A stretch of DNA of 64,000 nucleotides from Paraspadella gotoi (Eukaryota; Animalia; Chaetognatha). A program made the position numbers and the translations under genes. Each line of letters begins with the position of its first letter. The stretch's first letter is position 1. Positions 43,562-57,290 of the stretch are shown piece by piece. The stretch spans positions 3,742,785-3,806,784 of the forward strand of contig CM119263.1 in assembly GCA_051294375.1 (NCBI GenBank). The letters are read 5' to 3'. The notes under the pieces are model-generated. The model saw only the letters and a program-made list of their open reading frames with translations. It had not been told where the DNA came from and did no database searches.

Positions 43562-45375
43562 TACAAGTATAACGGAATTCTCTTTTCCGTCTTGTTACTC
43601 ATCTTTTTCTCGCCTCATGCAATTTCCGTTCCGCTATCGCTATCGCCGTTTCGACGGCGCCATGCCACGCCCCTTATGCATCGTCAGTCTTCGTCCGCGA
43701 TTCCAACATTCGCCGGTCCTGCGGAATGCCTCAGCGACCCCTACCATGCTTTTTCCCTTTTTTCCAAGCTTTTTCCTATTTTTATGACTTCCATGACGAT
43801 CTGAACCGCGCGACTGTTTTACCGCGCTACCATCATCCTATATGTTATCACGATTCGCGTTTTGTACCATGCCGTGCGTGCTGTGTAGTGCAGAGCAAGT
43901 GCCTGGCCAAGCGACCGTGCCACGCCGTGCCATGCCGATAAGTGCAGTGCCGCTTCGTGTCGTTCCATGCCTTTGCATGCCATTCCGTGTCTTGCAGCGC
44001 CGTGCCATGCCATGTCCACCAGGCTATGGCCCCTCGAGCGAGCGGAAGCGACCTCCGACGCGTCGAGAATTCCGGTTCCTCTAAAAGCGACGCCGGATTG
44101 AAACCCGAACAAACGCCCCGTGAATATCGGCGCCGAGGAAATTGAGGCCGAGAGAAAATCGAGGTCCCGTGAAAATAGTGAAGCCCGTTCACGAAAGCGT
44201 GAAAATGGTCGCGTGAAAGAAGTCGATCGACTGCGAAGAATCAACCGGTGATTTTGGCCTTTTTGAGATTTGAAGCCAAAAGTTTGACTCCAAAGTGAAT
44301 TTTCACGAAAAGCTGCGGATTTTGAAAAGAGGAAATGATAATTTTTTTTTAAATGAGGCGGAAAAATATGTGAAATTTTTAGAGGACTTGAAAAATTCGC
44401 CAACTTGAAATGAGGACTGAATTGAAAAAAAAAATTGGTATGCGGAAATGTTTGCTATTTTAAATTGACTATTGGGGTACAGTGAAATCAACTACAGTTT
44501 TTTTTGAGGGCAAAGACCTGTATTGTCGAAAAAATGTATTTATTATATATGAAAAGAAGATTAGATAATAGATAATCACTGTGCTGGGCGACATTAGAGT
44601 TGACGACGACGATGATGACGACGACGACGATGACGACGAAAATGACGATTACGACGACACTATAGACCGTCGACATACGCGACCACAAAGTTCCGACTTT
44701 TGTTTTTTTTTTAAACTGAAGTTTTGGCAATTTTTTCGTCTCCTAAATTAAATTTCAAGTCGAAAAAAAGAAATTTCTGGTCATGAAATTCGTTTATGGT
44801 GGAAATAAAGATGAGCGAGGAAGATGGAAGATCAGAGAGGGAGAAAAATTAATGTTTTAAACGCACTAGGGAAGTAGTAAACGAAACATTAGGAGTTGGT
44901 CTTTATCTTTTATTATTATTTGCGTATAAATAGCGAATTTTAATTCCTGACGTTTCCAGACATTGATAGTTTTCAAAATATTTCCCTTTTTTTTGGGTTA
45001 AATTGTCGTCGTCTTCGTCGTTGTCGTCGTCGTCGTCGTCGTCGTCGTCATTTTCGTGATTGTTGTTGTTGTTGTTATTTCGGACCTCAGATGCGTGGAA
45101 TCGCTAAAATAATCTCCTTTCATCGAAATCGGAATTTTGTTCCTCGCGGGAAAAATCAAGGAAACTCAATAAAATCGGTTATGAGCAGCAGCGTCGGAAT
45201 TGGGTCTCTGGGTGGAGCGGACGGAGCTGTGGCTGTTTTTATTGTTGCTGTTTTCATTGTTGCTGTTTTTATTGTTGCTGTTGTTGTTCAAAAATGACCG
45301 AGATTCAATGAATCTTGGTGTGATGGAAATTAAAATTGAAAATAAATGATCGAAATCTTTGGCAAAGTTCGTTTA

Positions 45376-45572
45376 CTTTAATATAACAAACTGAGGAAAA
45401 ATAATGTAGCCCGAACAGAAGAGAATAACATTGTATAAACCAGGTCGTTGTCTCTGCAAATTCGTGAAATTTCCCGGTTTCCCGATGGTTGTATTCATTC
45501 ATTTGTTCCCCGGAGACAAAGAAGTTAATGATTCCCCATTCTCGTTTCATTGATTCCATTTGATTAAGCCAT
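45376..45572 (-). other. Candidate internal exon of an unidentified gene
   Basis: Minus strand: acceptor ctttgttgcAG, open frame WLNQMESMKREWGIINFFVSGEQMNEY...WFIQCYSLLFGLHYFSSVCYIK, donor GTAAAC. No family recognised. Confidence 0.3.
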
Positions 45573-46164
45573 CTGCAACAAAGAGGCGCGGCTCTTCTTC
45601 TCTCTTTTCATTATTCAATTTTATTGCAAATTTTGTTCCAAAAGCTGAGGTTTTTTTTTTAACCTTTCCTACCTTTCCTACCTTTTTATCTTATCCTTTC
45701 TTTTGTACCTTCTTTCAATATGCCCATTTAATATTTCCTTCTTTCCAGCATTAAATATTTTCCTCTCAACTTTAGAGAATTATGTTTAGTTGTTGTAATT
45801 AACTATTTCATATTTAATACAATTATATTTTATCTCAAGCCAAAGTAGAAATTATTAAGATTACACCGAAAAAAAAAGAAAATTACGCAAATCTCTTGTT
45901 AAAATTTTTTTTCCCTTTTCCCCTTTTTTTTTACAATTTTCCATAAATTTTGAACCTCGACTGTGAATTTCCTTCTAACTCTCACATTCTCCCCTCCAAT
46001 CCCCCAGACCCCCTCGGACCCCCCAGTCCCCCAAACCCCATAGTCCCCCAGACCCCTCAACCCCCCCTCTAACCACAGATTCATCAAAATATTGCAAATC
46101 TCGTTCCTTCGTTTAAACGTTTCACTTTAACGATGTCTAGATTTTAAATCGCTATAAAACGTGA

Positions 46165-46195
<31 letters not shown>

Positions 46196-46363
46196 GATTG
46201 ATGAGTGATGATAGATGATGATGATGATGATGATGACGATAACGAAGACGATGAGAATCAATATGACGGTTACGATAACGACAGCTATGTGTACAGATAA
46301 ACAGATTATTTTTGTAGAAGATTTGGTAGATAGAGAGAGAGAGAGAGGATTTGAGTAGTAAGA

Positions 46364-46398
<35 letters not shown>

Positions 46399-46420
46399 AT
46401 GAGAGAGCGAGATAGAGAGA

Positions 46421-46458
<38 letters not shown>

Positions 46459-49400
46459 AGATCATCACAAATTTCAGTTTGCCGCAAAAAACGAATATGA
46501 AGGAAAGATTTGGAAGAAGAAAGAATATGTGGGAGGGAAAAATACATTTATACATTATACATGTACATGGTCGTCATAACAAAGTCGTTTCTTTGGTTGT
46601 TAACGAAAAGCAGATAAAAGTAAGAAAAAGGAGGAAAAAGAAAAAGGAGGAAAAAGAAAAAGGAGGAAAAGAAAAAGAAGGAGAAAGAAAAAGGAATAAA
46701 AGAAAAAAGGACGAAAAAGAAAAATGAGGAAAAAGAAAAAGAAGGAAAAAGAAAAAAGGAGGAAAAAGAAAAATGAGAAAGAAGAAAATGAAGAGAAGAA
46801 AATAGAAAGAAAAAAGGAAAAGTGGAAAAGGAAATGAATTATAGAAATGGAATAAAGGAATCACTGAGAGAAATGAAAACAATGGAAGTATCAATAAAAC
46901 CTCTATATGAAACAATACAAAAAAGTAAAACTATTAAAATATATTGCAGTTTATGATGATAATATTAGATGATCCTTTGTGTACAAAGATTAAAAACATT
47001 AATAACGTAAACCAAGAAAAAGCTCTTGACTCGTAGGTCGAGATTGAGCGGAAGGGGAATGGCGCAGATTCGTTCATTAGTATTAATCGTTCATCGTATC
47101 TGGAATTCGTTCATAGGCGAGACCGAGAATGAACGAATGACTTATCGAAATTAAAAAAATGAAGTCATTGTCAAATTGGTTAGTGGCAGAGGAATTTCGA
47201 AAACACAACCATTTTTTTCTAAAATTTTCACAAGAAATATATTCGATCTTTAGAAATAATAATGTTATAGTGTTCATATATATATCAAAGCAATTTTTAT
47301 TTTTTTGCTTCATAAATTAATCAGGAATGAAAGGAGAAAGATTTGAAGAGAGAAATTGTTTACTCGCCTTTTTTGTTGTTGTCGTCTTCGTCGTCGTCGT
47401 CGTCACGTGATTAATCCACCGTCCCCGTCAAAACATCGTCGATGCAAGAAAACCCATAAAATATTCCAGACTTTGGAGACGAACTGAGGAAACTGAACAA
47501 ACAAACAAACAAACAAAGGAGAAAAAATAGAGGGCGACACTAAAGAGACGCCTCTTAGATAAATCGGTGTCTTTTGTTTTTTACGTAAACCCAATTTTGG
47601 CCTTTTTTTTCCAAAACGCCCCAAATTATCTTATCTTAATTAAGGTGAGTTACTTAATTCGTGATTTGGGTTAGAGATTTGGGTTATGGTTAGTGTTTTG
47701 AGTTAGAAGTAAGGGTTAGTAATTAGGGTAGGGGTTCAGAATTAGGTAAGGGTTAAAAAATAAGTTTACGGATTAAGGACAAAGATTGCGTTATAAGTTA
47801 AAAAACATATTAGAATAAAATTAAATTATTTGCTCTGCTGACAGACAATGAATTTATTTTTATTTTAAAAGAAAAAAAAATTAACATGCTTGTCTTTACG
47901 ATGAAGGCTAACTAGGCTTTCTTGAAAATAAAAACAAATTCGTTGTTTGTAAGCAAAACAAATAATTTTACTTTATTCTAATTTCAAATGCAACGAAACA
48001 ATAAGCTTAAAATAACAAGATAAATTATAATGGTAAAAATTAAATTCTAGGAAAAACGAACAGAAATGGTGCACTCTTGGAATAGAGAGCCGAAATTTTG
48101 TTAATTCGTTTATTGATTCATTTGTCCTCTTTGTTGGTTTGTTCAAGAGTTTGTTATTAACTATTAACAAAACAAAATATCAGAAAATTGATTAATCTCT
48201 TTTTTTTTTTAGTCAACGTCATAAAAATGATTTGGACGTGTTTGCCTTATGGGCATTAGTTTTTAAAACTAAAAAAAATATGTCAAGATCAAAAAAATTA
48301 ATTGAAAAATTTCTGTAGATTTCCCCCCAAGTTATGGTTGTCTTTTTCGTGTTTTTTTATTTCCTCACTGCCTTTGGCTATGTTTCTTTCTTTGCAAAAT
48401 CATCAGTTTTTATTCATTATCTTTCCTTAAATAATTTATTAATTCAAGCAAATAGATAGAATTTCTTTGCGTCATCTATTTTTTTCTCGTCGCCCGTTGG
48501 TTTCCAAAATTGTCTTTTGTTTTTTCCTTTTCTTTCTTTGATGTCTGCGCCATCTGAAGAGGTCAGCGTCGCCCGGCGGGAATTTCGCCGGAAAGACCGG
48601 AAATGCGATTCCTTTCTACTTCTCTTATTTTTTTTTCTTCTTCTCCTTCTTCTCCTTCTTCTTATTTTCTCTTTCCTCCTCTTTTTCTTCTTCTCCCTCT
48701 ACCCCCATCACTCCCCCTTCCCTCCACACCCCATCAGCTTCTCCGTAACCAACAAAAATGAAAACATGAAGGAGAAAAAAAAAAGGAAACCATAAAAGCT
48801 GAATTGAGACTGGGAAGCCTGAAGGCGACGGAGAAAGAGAGAAAAACTAAAAGTTTGACTTAAAAATTTATTTTTTATTTATGGTTTCTCGTTTCTGGTT
48901 TTAGTAACTCGGAGAGTCTTTTGTTTCCATGGAAACTTGTCGCCATTTTTGGCAGGTAGTTTGTTCTCATTTTCGCTTGCTCTTCCTGGCGACTTAGTTT
49001 TGTGCTATTTTAGTTTGGCAACCTAATCATTTTAACCCAAATAGTTGATTCATTAACTTAGACGATTTGTGACATTTAGTTTTTAATCTTAACATCCTCG
49101 AATTTTCGTCGTGTTTATCGTCGTTTCTGTCAAACAAATTTTTAGTGAATTCTTGAAAAATTCGTGAAATTCATTTCAATTCATTTTAATTCCCCTGAGC
49201 TGAATCGGCAATTTGTTTTCGTCATTATGGTGGTTCCCTGATTTATGTTTTAGCAGCTCTCTCTCTCTCTCTCTCTCNNNNNNNNNNNNNNNNNNNNNNN
49301 NNNNNNNNNNNNNNNNNNNNNNNNNNNNNNNNNNNNNNNNNNNNNNNNNNNNNNNNNNNNNNNNNNNNNNNNNNNNNNNNNNNNNNNNNNNNNNNNNNNN

Positions 49401-49659
49401 NNNNNNNNNNNNNNNNNNNNNNNNNNNNNNNNNNNNNCTCTTAATCTCCTAGAATTTTGATCATTATCTCGGAAGAGAAAAACATTTATTGCGTAAAAGC
49501 GCACAGTATTTTAGCGAGAAGGAAACTAATGCCACGTTTCTAGAATCGCTTCGTTGCCAGGAATTTGCTAAGTCGAGAAAATTGAAAATGCAATTTTTTC
49601 TTGACAACTGTTTTGTAGTTTTCTTATTTATTTATTTCTCTCTTTTTCTCTCATTCTCA

Positions 49660-49722
<63 letters not shown>

Positions 49723-50517
49723 CTTTTTCACTGTCATAAAGACAATCAAACATCGCAATCCTCAACAGTCATTCGCGTTGATAAACTATGAAATAACAAA
49801 AAAAGTAAAAGTAAAATAAAGGAAAAAAAACAGGTTTTTTTGTTCTCGATTCGTTCTCCCCTTCTGTTTCTCTTGTTTTTCTTTTGTTTTGGATTGTGAT
49901 GACAGACGAAACAGAATCTGAATCGAAAAGTGAAATTCAGTGAATTCGAGTTGAGATGAAATATAATGAAAGCAACTAAGACAAGAAAGTCACTTAACAT
50001 CGACAATTCGAAATTTCATAAATTTTTAGGATTGATAAGTAATTCTTAACTTTATTAAACGTATAAGGTTAGTATGTGAAAACTTCGCTATTTTTGTCTC
50101 TCATTTTTGACGGGAATTGATTCTTAACTATTTAGTCTTGAGTCTTGAGTCTTGAGTCTTGAGTCTTGAGTCTNNNNNNNNNNNNNNNNNNNNNNNNNNN
50201 NNNNNNNNNNNNNNNNNNNNNNNNNNNNNNNNNNNNNNNNNNNNNNNNNNNNNNNNNNNNNNNNNNNNNNNNNNNNNNNNNNNNNNNNNNNNNNNNNNNN
50301 NNNNNNNNNNNNNNNNNNNNNNNNNNNNNNNNNNNNNNNNNNNNNNNNNNNNNNNNNNNNNNNNNNNNNNNNNNNNNNNNNNNNNNNNNNNNNNNNNNNN
50401 NNNNNNNGAGAGAGAGAGAGAGAGAGATTCCCAATCCTTAGCGAGACATTAAAGGTAATTTGACTGGATTCCCTTCACCCTTTCGTGACCTCATTTCTAA
50501 TCGAATCTTTCTGTCAG

Positions 50518-50710
50518 GTGACTTTCCTTTTCGTCTCCTCATCTCCCAAAATCACGTGGATCAACGACATTTCAGAAAAATCATCACATTTCTTGGAAAT
50601 CCTGGATTCGAGCCAAAGTTCGTCTTCACCTCGAGACGGATTGAACCCTTGACCTCAATGACTGAAGACGAGACTGAGCCCGAGAGGACGGGAGAGAAAC
50701 GAGGCCTAAG
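50518..50710 (+). other. Candidate exon of an unidentified gene
   Basis: Acceptor ctttctgtcAG, open frame DFPFRLLISQNHVDQRHFRKIITFLGNPGFEPKFVF...; possible donor GTAGAA. Confidence 0.25.
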
Positions 50711-50875
50711 GTAGAAGGTGCTATACAGATGATGGGTTAACGATTAGCCACGGGTTTAATAGAAGGATAGAAGATGTGAGATTGAGAAGTGATTGGCATT
50801 AGCATCGAGAGGAGACGATGGAGAAATCAGCGAGAGCCTGAGGATGATACACTAACGCAAATGAGATAAGAGAGA

Positions 50876-50906
<31 letters not shown>

Positions 50907-51641
50907 CAGAAAAGAGAGGAGAGAGAGAGACATTGTTACTTCAAATCGTTTGACTCTCAATTAATGACTGATTTCTTTATCTCTATCGTCTCTTCTTCTC
51001 TCTCTTCTCCTCTCTCTCTCCTTCTCTCTCTCTCTTCTCTCGAATGATTTTTATGAGTTATCTGGCTTTAAATTGTAGGAATAAAACAAGACGATCACGT
51101 TTACTTATTTATGAAAGCGTTGAATCGTTCTTATAATATTTTTCGGGAGCAGATAATTTGAATAATTTATTAAGATTACAATATTTTATGAACAAGATTC
51201 GCGAAAAAAGAGATTCTTCATCTACTTTTTTTTTCCAACTCTAGTAACTTTGACTTTAACAATTAACGTTTTTTTCCGAAGTGAAAAAAAGAATTAAATT
51301 AGGCTCAGACATCAACGAAAAAAAAATAAAGAAAAAAATGACGGTTTTCTCTTCAGTTTTAATTCTTACTTTCTTTTTTTACATTTTTTTTCAAGGTTCA
51401 AGTTTTTTCACTTCGGTGAAAATCTCCCTTTTAAAACAATTAATTTTACCTTTCCTAATTGATTTTAGTTTTAGTTTTAGTGTCATAGTTTAGTTTAGTT
51501 CTAGTTTCATTGTTTAGTTCGTTTTCATTATTCTTTGGATCAGATTGATTATTTTTTCCTTAATTTAAAATTACAAATGTATTGTGATTGAATCACTCAA
51601 ACCATTTACTACCGCTTTCTTTAGGCCCGACTCACCACACA

Positions 51642-51677
<36 letters not shown>

Positions 51678-51771
51678 TTCTCCTTCCAATTCTTCTTGTC
51701 AATCCGCCTTCCGGGGCAAATATGACTATGAGGTCTATAGGGATTTAGAGTAAACCGAATATTCTGACCCC

Positions 51772-52075
51772 GACTAAACCGCTTTTCTGATTGGCTCAAG
51801 CTCTTCCCGTATTGGCTTAACTGTTTTAACAAATAGTAGCTCAACAGATTTTCTGATTGGCTAAACTAGCTTCCCGATTGGCTCAACTGCTTTCCGTATT
51901 GGCTCAACCGTTTTTTGGATTACTCAAACGCATTTCAAATTAACTAAACCGCTTTAAAGTGTGAATCGAATGCTTTCCAGATTGGCACAATTGCTTTCTT
52001 GATTGGCTCAACTGCTTTCCTAATTGGCTCAACTTATTTCCCAATAGACTAAACCCTTTCCAGATAGGCTTAACT
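51772..52075. repeat. About 21-bp minisatellite (GATTGGCTCAACTGCTTTCC)
   Basis: About 14 degenerate units, many of which keep ATTGGCT. Confidence 0.85.
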
Positions 52076-52336
52076 TTTTATATACGCTTTCCCGAGTAAC
52101 ATGGAGAGGGAAAACCAGGGTAAGAAACAAATACTTATGTTATCTGCTTTGAGAAAGAAAACGCGAAGTTGGAGAGAGAGAGAACGATGAGAGATGAGAC
52201 GGAGGAGGGATGGAGGGAAAGAGGAGAGGGAGAGGGAGAGAAGAGAGAGGAGGAAAGAGAGAGAGAAGAAGAGAGATGAAAGAGGGAGAGAGAGAGAGAG
52301 AGAGGAGGAGAGATGAGAGGAACGAGAGAAAGAGAG

Positions 52337-52372
<36 letters not shown>

Positions 52373-52433
52373 AGAAAGAAAAGAGAGAGAGAGGAGAGAG
52401 AGAGAAGAGAGAAGAGAGAGAGAGTGAGAGAGG

Positions 52434-52464
<31 letters not shown>

Positions 52465-52611
52465 GAGAGAGAGAGAAGAAATAGAAGAGAAGAGAGAGAG
52501 ACGAGAGAGAGAGAGAAGAAGAAGGAGAGAAGAGAGAGGGAGAGAGAGAGAGAGAGAAAGAGAGAAGAGAGAGAGAGGAGAGAAGAGAGAGAGAGGAGAG
52601 AGGATGAGAGC

Positions 52612-52648
<37 letters not shown>

Positions 52649-53925
52649 ATCCCTCGATAGTGTTTGTTTGTGTTCGTGAGCCCCACTTCCACATGTTCAG
52701 AAGATAAGTGCGCTTTTTTTTCAAAGACATGAATAGTTTATTAGTTTTTGTTTTGTGTTTTTTGTTGTTTTTTTTACTCAAATGATAAAAAACAAAAGGA
52801 GATTTCTCTTTTTCTAATTAAATTTCGAATGACTGAGTCTGAAGACGAATTAAATTCTGACGTAAAACTAAAAATAAAAAAAGGATTAAAGATTAGCCAG
52901 TGGTCGTGGCGATATGTCGACGTTGAGGCACGGTTTTTAGTTGCGCCGCGATAAGTTACTTTTCGGTCAGTCTCTCGCTCGGTCGGTCGGTCGGTATATC
53001 TGTCCGTCGATCTGTCCCACTTACATTAAAAATTCTCATAACTTGCATATAGTTGGTAGCTCAATGCTCTTTTGTTAAGAAGGGAAATACTCAAATTTAA
53101 GTGACTACTAGCGCCGCCTTCAGGAAATCTTACAACTATAAATACATGGGCTAAGAAAGTTATTTTAGTCATGTAGTCAGGTCATGTCACGTCAGTCATG
53201 TCATGTCTTGTCATATCATGTCATGACACAAGAATTACACGTGATAAGGCAGTCACTGCGGCGCAACACATTTGAATTACCGTTCTTGTTCTCTAAATTA
53301 CTGCTTGAACCAGCGCAAAATTTTATATTCACGCCGCAAATATTTCCATCTTTTCTCTCAATTTTTTCATTCATTTTTTTTGTCAAAAGTTTAAAGGTTT
53401 AAAAGTTTAAACCCGAAGCTCTCTGTTCTAAAAGCGCCCTATTTCTGTTCCGTTATCCCTTAATGAAAAGAACCCCCTCCTCGACCTAGCGGAGAGGGAG
53501 AAGACGTCGGGAGAGAAAAAGGACTGAAGACCGGGATCGCAGGCGCCCGAATGTTTATCAATAGTTTCTTATCCACTTGACGTCTTATTGATATTAAGTA
53601 CCTTAATAAAATAATCAAGATTCAAACAGACAGTGAATAAATACTACTACTAGTTAATAAAATTAACAGAACACAAATTATCGCAGATAATAAAAAGCAC
53701 AGGAAATATCCAAACGTTTATTAGTCCAAACGCGAGATTGAGATGACGAACCGAAAATCAATATCTCTCTTAATTGAGATATAAAAAGAGCATCTGAGTT
53801 ATTGTCGTCTGGACTTTACATTAACCTTTTAACCATGATATCTAATCCTAATCTGTTGCCAATCACAAAACCTAATCTCAAACTTTAATCCTTAGGCCTA
53901 TAATCCTGAACCTTACCTTTTAATT

Positions 53926-54000
53926 AACCCTAAACCCTAAACCCTAAACCCTAAACCCTAAATCCTAAACCCTAAACCCTAAACCCCTAACCCTAAACCC
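53926..54000. repeat. Interstitial (TAAACCC)n, i.e. (TTTAGGG)n telomere-like tract
   Basis: About 10 near-perfect heptamers, with degenerate units upstream. Confidence 0.85.
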
Positions 54001-54242
54001 CTTGTCTCTAAACCTAAAACTAAAGACGGGAGAATAAATAAAAATGAAAACGAACGTAAAAAGGTAAAAAAATAAATTAAAAAAAAAAAAAAAGAGAAGA
54101 TAAATAAAAGATGAAAAGACTTATCTAAAGAGAGAGAAGATTCAGTCAGCGTAAAAACGCGAGCGAAAGGAACTTTTCTTTTTTTTTTCTTTTTCTCTCG
54201 AAGGAAATCGCGAAGATTTCTAAAAAAAAAAGTGGAAAAAAT

Positions 54243-56083
54243 ATGGGATTTTTAGTAACGATGGAATTTGGTCTCCTCTTCCTCGCAGGTAATGTTAAAA
54301 GAGAAAAGTGGAAAGAAGAAAGTGGAAAGAAGAAAGAAAAGAAAAAAAAAGAGAAAGAGAGAATGAAAAATAGAAGAAAGCAGTCGAAAGAGGAGAGAAA
54401 CACAATATAGTGTCCAATCCGCGAAGAAAAACATTTTCAAAAATCCGGAAAAAACATCATAAATATAAAGAGAGACGATTATAGAAAACCAATAGGAAAG
54501 AACGTTAGTAAGAAAAATCATGATAGCGAATATGAGAACAAGAAACATATTTAATTTTTGCGACTTAAATAAAAATAATGTTTATGACAATGATACAAAC
54601 ATAGTACCGTGATAATCTTCATTTTTTAATTTCTCAAAATTAATTTAATCAGTCTTGATACATGATTACTTACTTACATCATTTTTTATGTCAACGTCTT
54701 TTATTAACTTGAGTTGTTATAATTTAGAAGATAAAGTTTAAATTTACATATAGATAATATGTTCTGTGTATTGCGAGTTTAACAAAAGAGCAAGGGCTCA
54801 GTGGGTCACGCCCACTTACTCTGGCTCTAACTTCGCCCTATCCTCGCCCTACCCAAGCTCTATCCTCCCCTTCACTCTCATTCGCCAACTGGCCTTGGGT
54901 AGAGAAAATTAAGACTAGGCTCTGCGTCCAAAAGGTCACGGGTTCGAGGCTCAAAGCGACTCGGACAAAAAAAAAATTAAAACACTTTTTTAGAATCGTT
55001 TTTAAAAATTTTAAGTGTGCAAGAACTGCCTTTGGAATTTGATCATATATTGTGGCTAACCTAAATATATATCTGTAGTCGGGCATTGCAAAGTTCACCC
55101 CGCCTCTAAGCATGACACCTTCAGTGGTGACCCGGTGGCTCATTGAGTAAAGCCATCAGCTCATGACCAAGAGGTACCTGGTTCAATTCCAACTCGGTAA
55201 CTACCCTGAGCGAAGTGTGAGGACGTCCGTAAGCCGCCTTTGGGGCGTGGAAAACCCTCAAGCCTGGTTCCAAACCCAGGACCCGTTCCATAGCTGTTAG
55301 AGGGGGTTATAGAAGTTACGGATAGTCATCTTCAGCCCACTTAGCGCCTTATCCACATAAATCTTTGAAAAAAGAACAAAACTGGTTTAGTTTTATTCTT
55401 TTGGTTTTGATCGCCGCTCGTAATTTCAACCAATAAAAATCTGTCTCTTTTCTTACTGGATACATTTTATACTTATGCGGGAGGCCATTTTGAAACAATT
55501 AACATAATTTATAATTTTTTTGATTCATAAGAATTTACACTTTTCTTGTCTTACTCGCATTGTAATTTTTTTAACACAATATTCATCAAAATTAAACAGA
55601 ACCCGAACTCAAACGGTTTATCTTTTCATTATTAGACGAAGTAAAAATCGGTAAGACGAGCGTGTCACGGCGTTCGGGCATCGGCGTGTCACGGCCCGTT
55701 AGGGTGGTCGGGAATCGGCCTGTCACGGCCCCACATGGCCATCGGGCATCGGCGTGTCACTGTCTCGACATGGCGGGCAACGCCTCTCTCTTTCAGACGC
55801 ACGCTCGCCGTCGCTAATGCCCCACATTTCGTGGGATTTAATAAATCACGTGATTATGATCGTGATCCATGTCGTCGTCATTTTCGTCGTCGTCGTAACT
55901 GTCGTCGTCGTCATCGTCGTCGTCATTTTTCTCGTCGTCGTAACTGTCGTCGTCGTCATCGTCCTCCTCCTAATTTGTTCGTCCAGAAACGGAAACGCCC
56001 TAATTGAACTGGTTTTTCCATGCCGTTGTCGTTGTCGTCGTCGTTGCCTTAATCGGTATGGTCGTCGTCTTCCTCGTCGTCAT

Positions 56084-56126
<43 letters not shown>

Positions 56127-57195
56127 TTCCTCGTCGTCATCATCGTCGTCATCGTCGTCTTCGCGAGTTTCAGGCCAATGACGTGATGAGTTTTTCTGGT
56201 CGAGTTGCGTCGTTTAAGTCAAGGGTTAATCGCCGCCGCCGCCGCCGCGTCCGCCGCCGCCGCCGATAAGAGGCGGTCATCGCTGGAGCGGAGACGGGTC
56301 GGCGGCGGTCGTGGGGTCGTCGAAGCCGATCGGGGAAGAAACTGACCCAAGTTGATGTCTGAGGCTCTGAACCGATCGGGGGAAAAAATTAGGTTGAAGA
56401 AATCTTGGCCGCCGAAAGAAGTTCGTGTTTTTTTCAGAAATTGAAGCAACGAATTGTCTCACTATTTTTAAGTCGTTGTACCTTACCTATAATCATATCA
56501 TTTCATGTCATCTCATGTCATTTCATGGCATTTTAATTAAAATAAATGAAAGCTTTTTTCAAAAAATGTTTCCAGCGGCGTCGGCAGCGGCGGCGGCGGC
56601 GGCTGCGTCAGGGTCGATGAACGTTTGTCCTCCGTCTGACCCGAACGAGATGGGAATCTGCGCCTTCATGTGCGACCCCGACAACAACAACAACAACGAC
56701 AACGATTGTCAAAATGGGAAAATGTGTTGCTCTAATGGATGCGGTTATTCTTGCGTAGAACCAGTTCCGGGTAATGAGACCGAAATCACTTGGACAACTT
56801 TAAGTACACAATGATAACTAATAAGTAACAGAATTCAAGTAATTATAAAAATTACTCAATATAATACCAAGTCAATTTCACTTATCATAGTCCCTGATTT
56901 CTACATTGAGCGCTGCCCCATTACTTTCCCTCTTTTCTCAGGCGTGTGTCCCACTGTGCCTCCAAACTCCATGGGAATATGCGTGAACATGTGCGACCCG
57001 CGAAGTCAAAATTGTCCCGAGGGAAAAATGTGCTGCTCTAATGGATGTGGCTACTCTTGTCTCAGTCCGATTCCGGGTAAGTAGAGAGAGAGAGAGAGAG
57101 AGACAGAGAAAAAGGGAGTGTTAAGGAAATAGAGAGAGAGAAAGAGAAAGAGGTATAGACAAAGATAGATAGCAGGAACATGAACAGAGAAAAGT

Positions 57196-57290
<95 letters not shown>

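Noticed and set aside
43560-44300. GC-rich block with overlapping ORFs
   Set aside because: It is largely (GCCAT/GCCGT)n pentamer repeats, with no consistent frame, recognisable domain or convincing exon boundaries.
55129-55200. Functional tRNA-Met gene
   Set aside because: The stems are imperfect, there is no adjacent poly-T terminator, and it is always embedded at the same position in a dispersed TG...CA element.
55735-56269. Multi-pass membrane or protamine-like ORFs
   Set aside because: They derive from (GTC)n-type trinucleotide repeats within intron 1 of the WAP gene.
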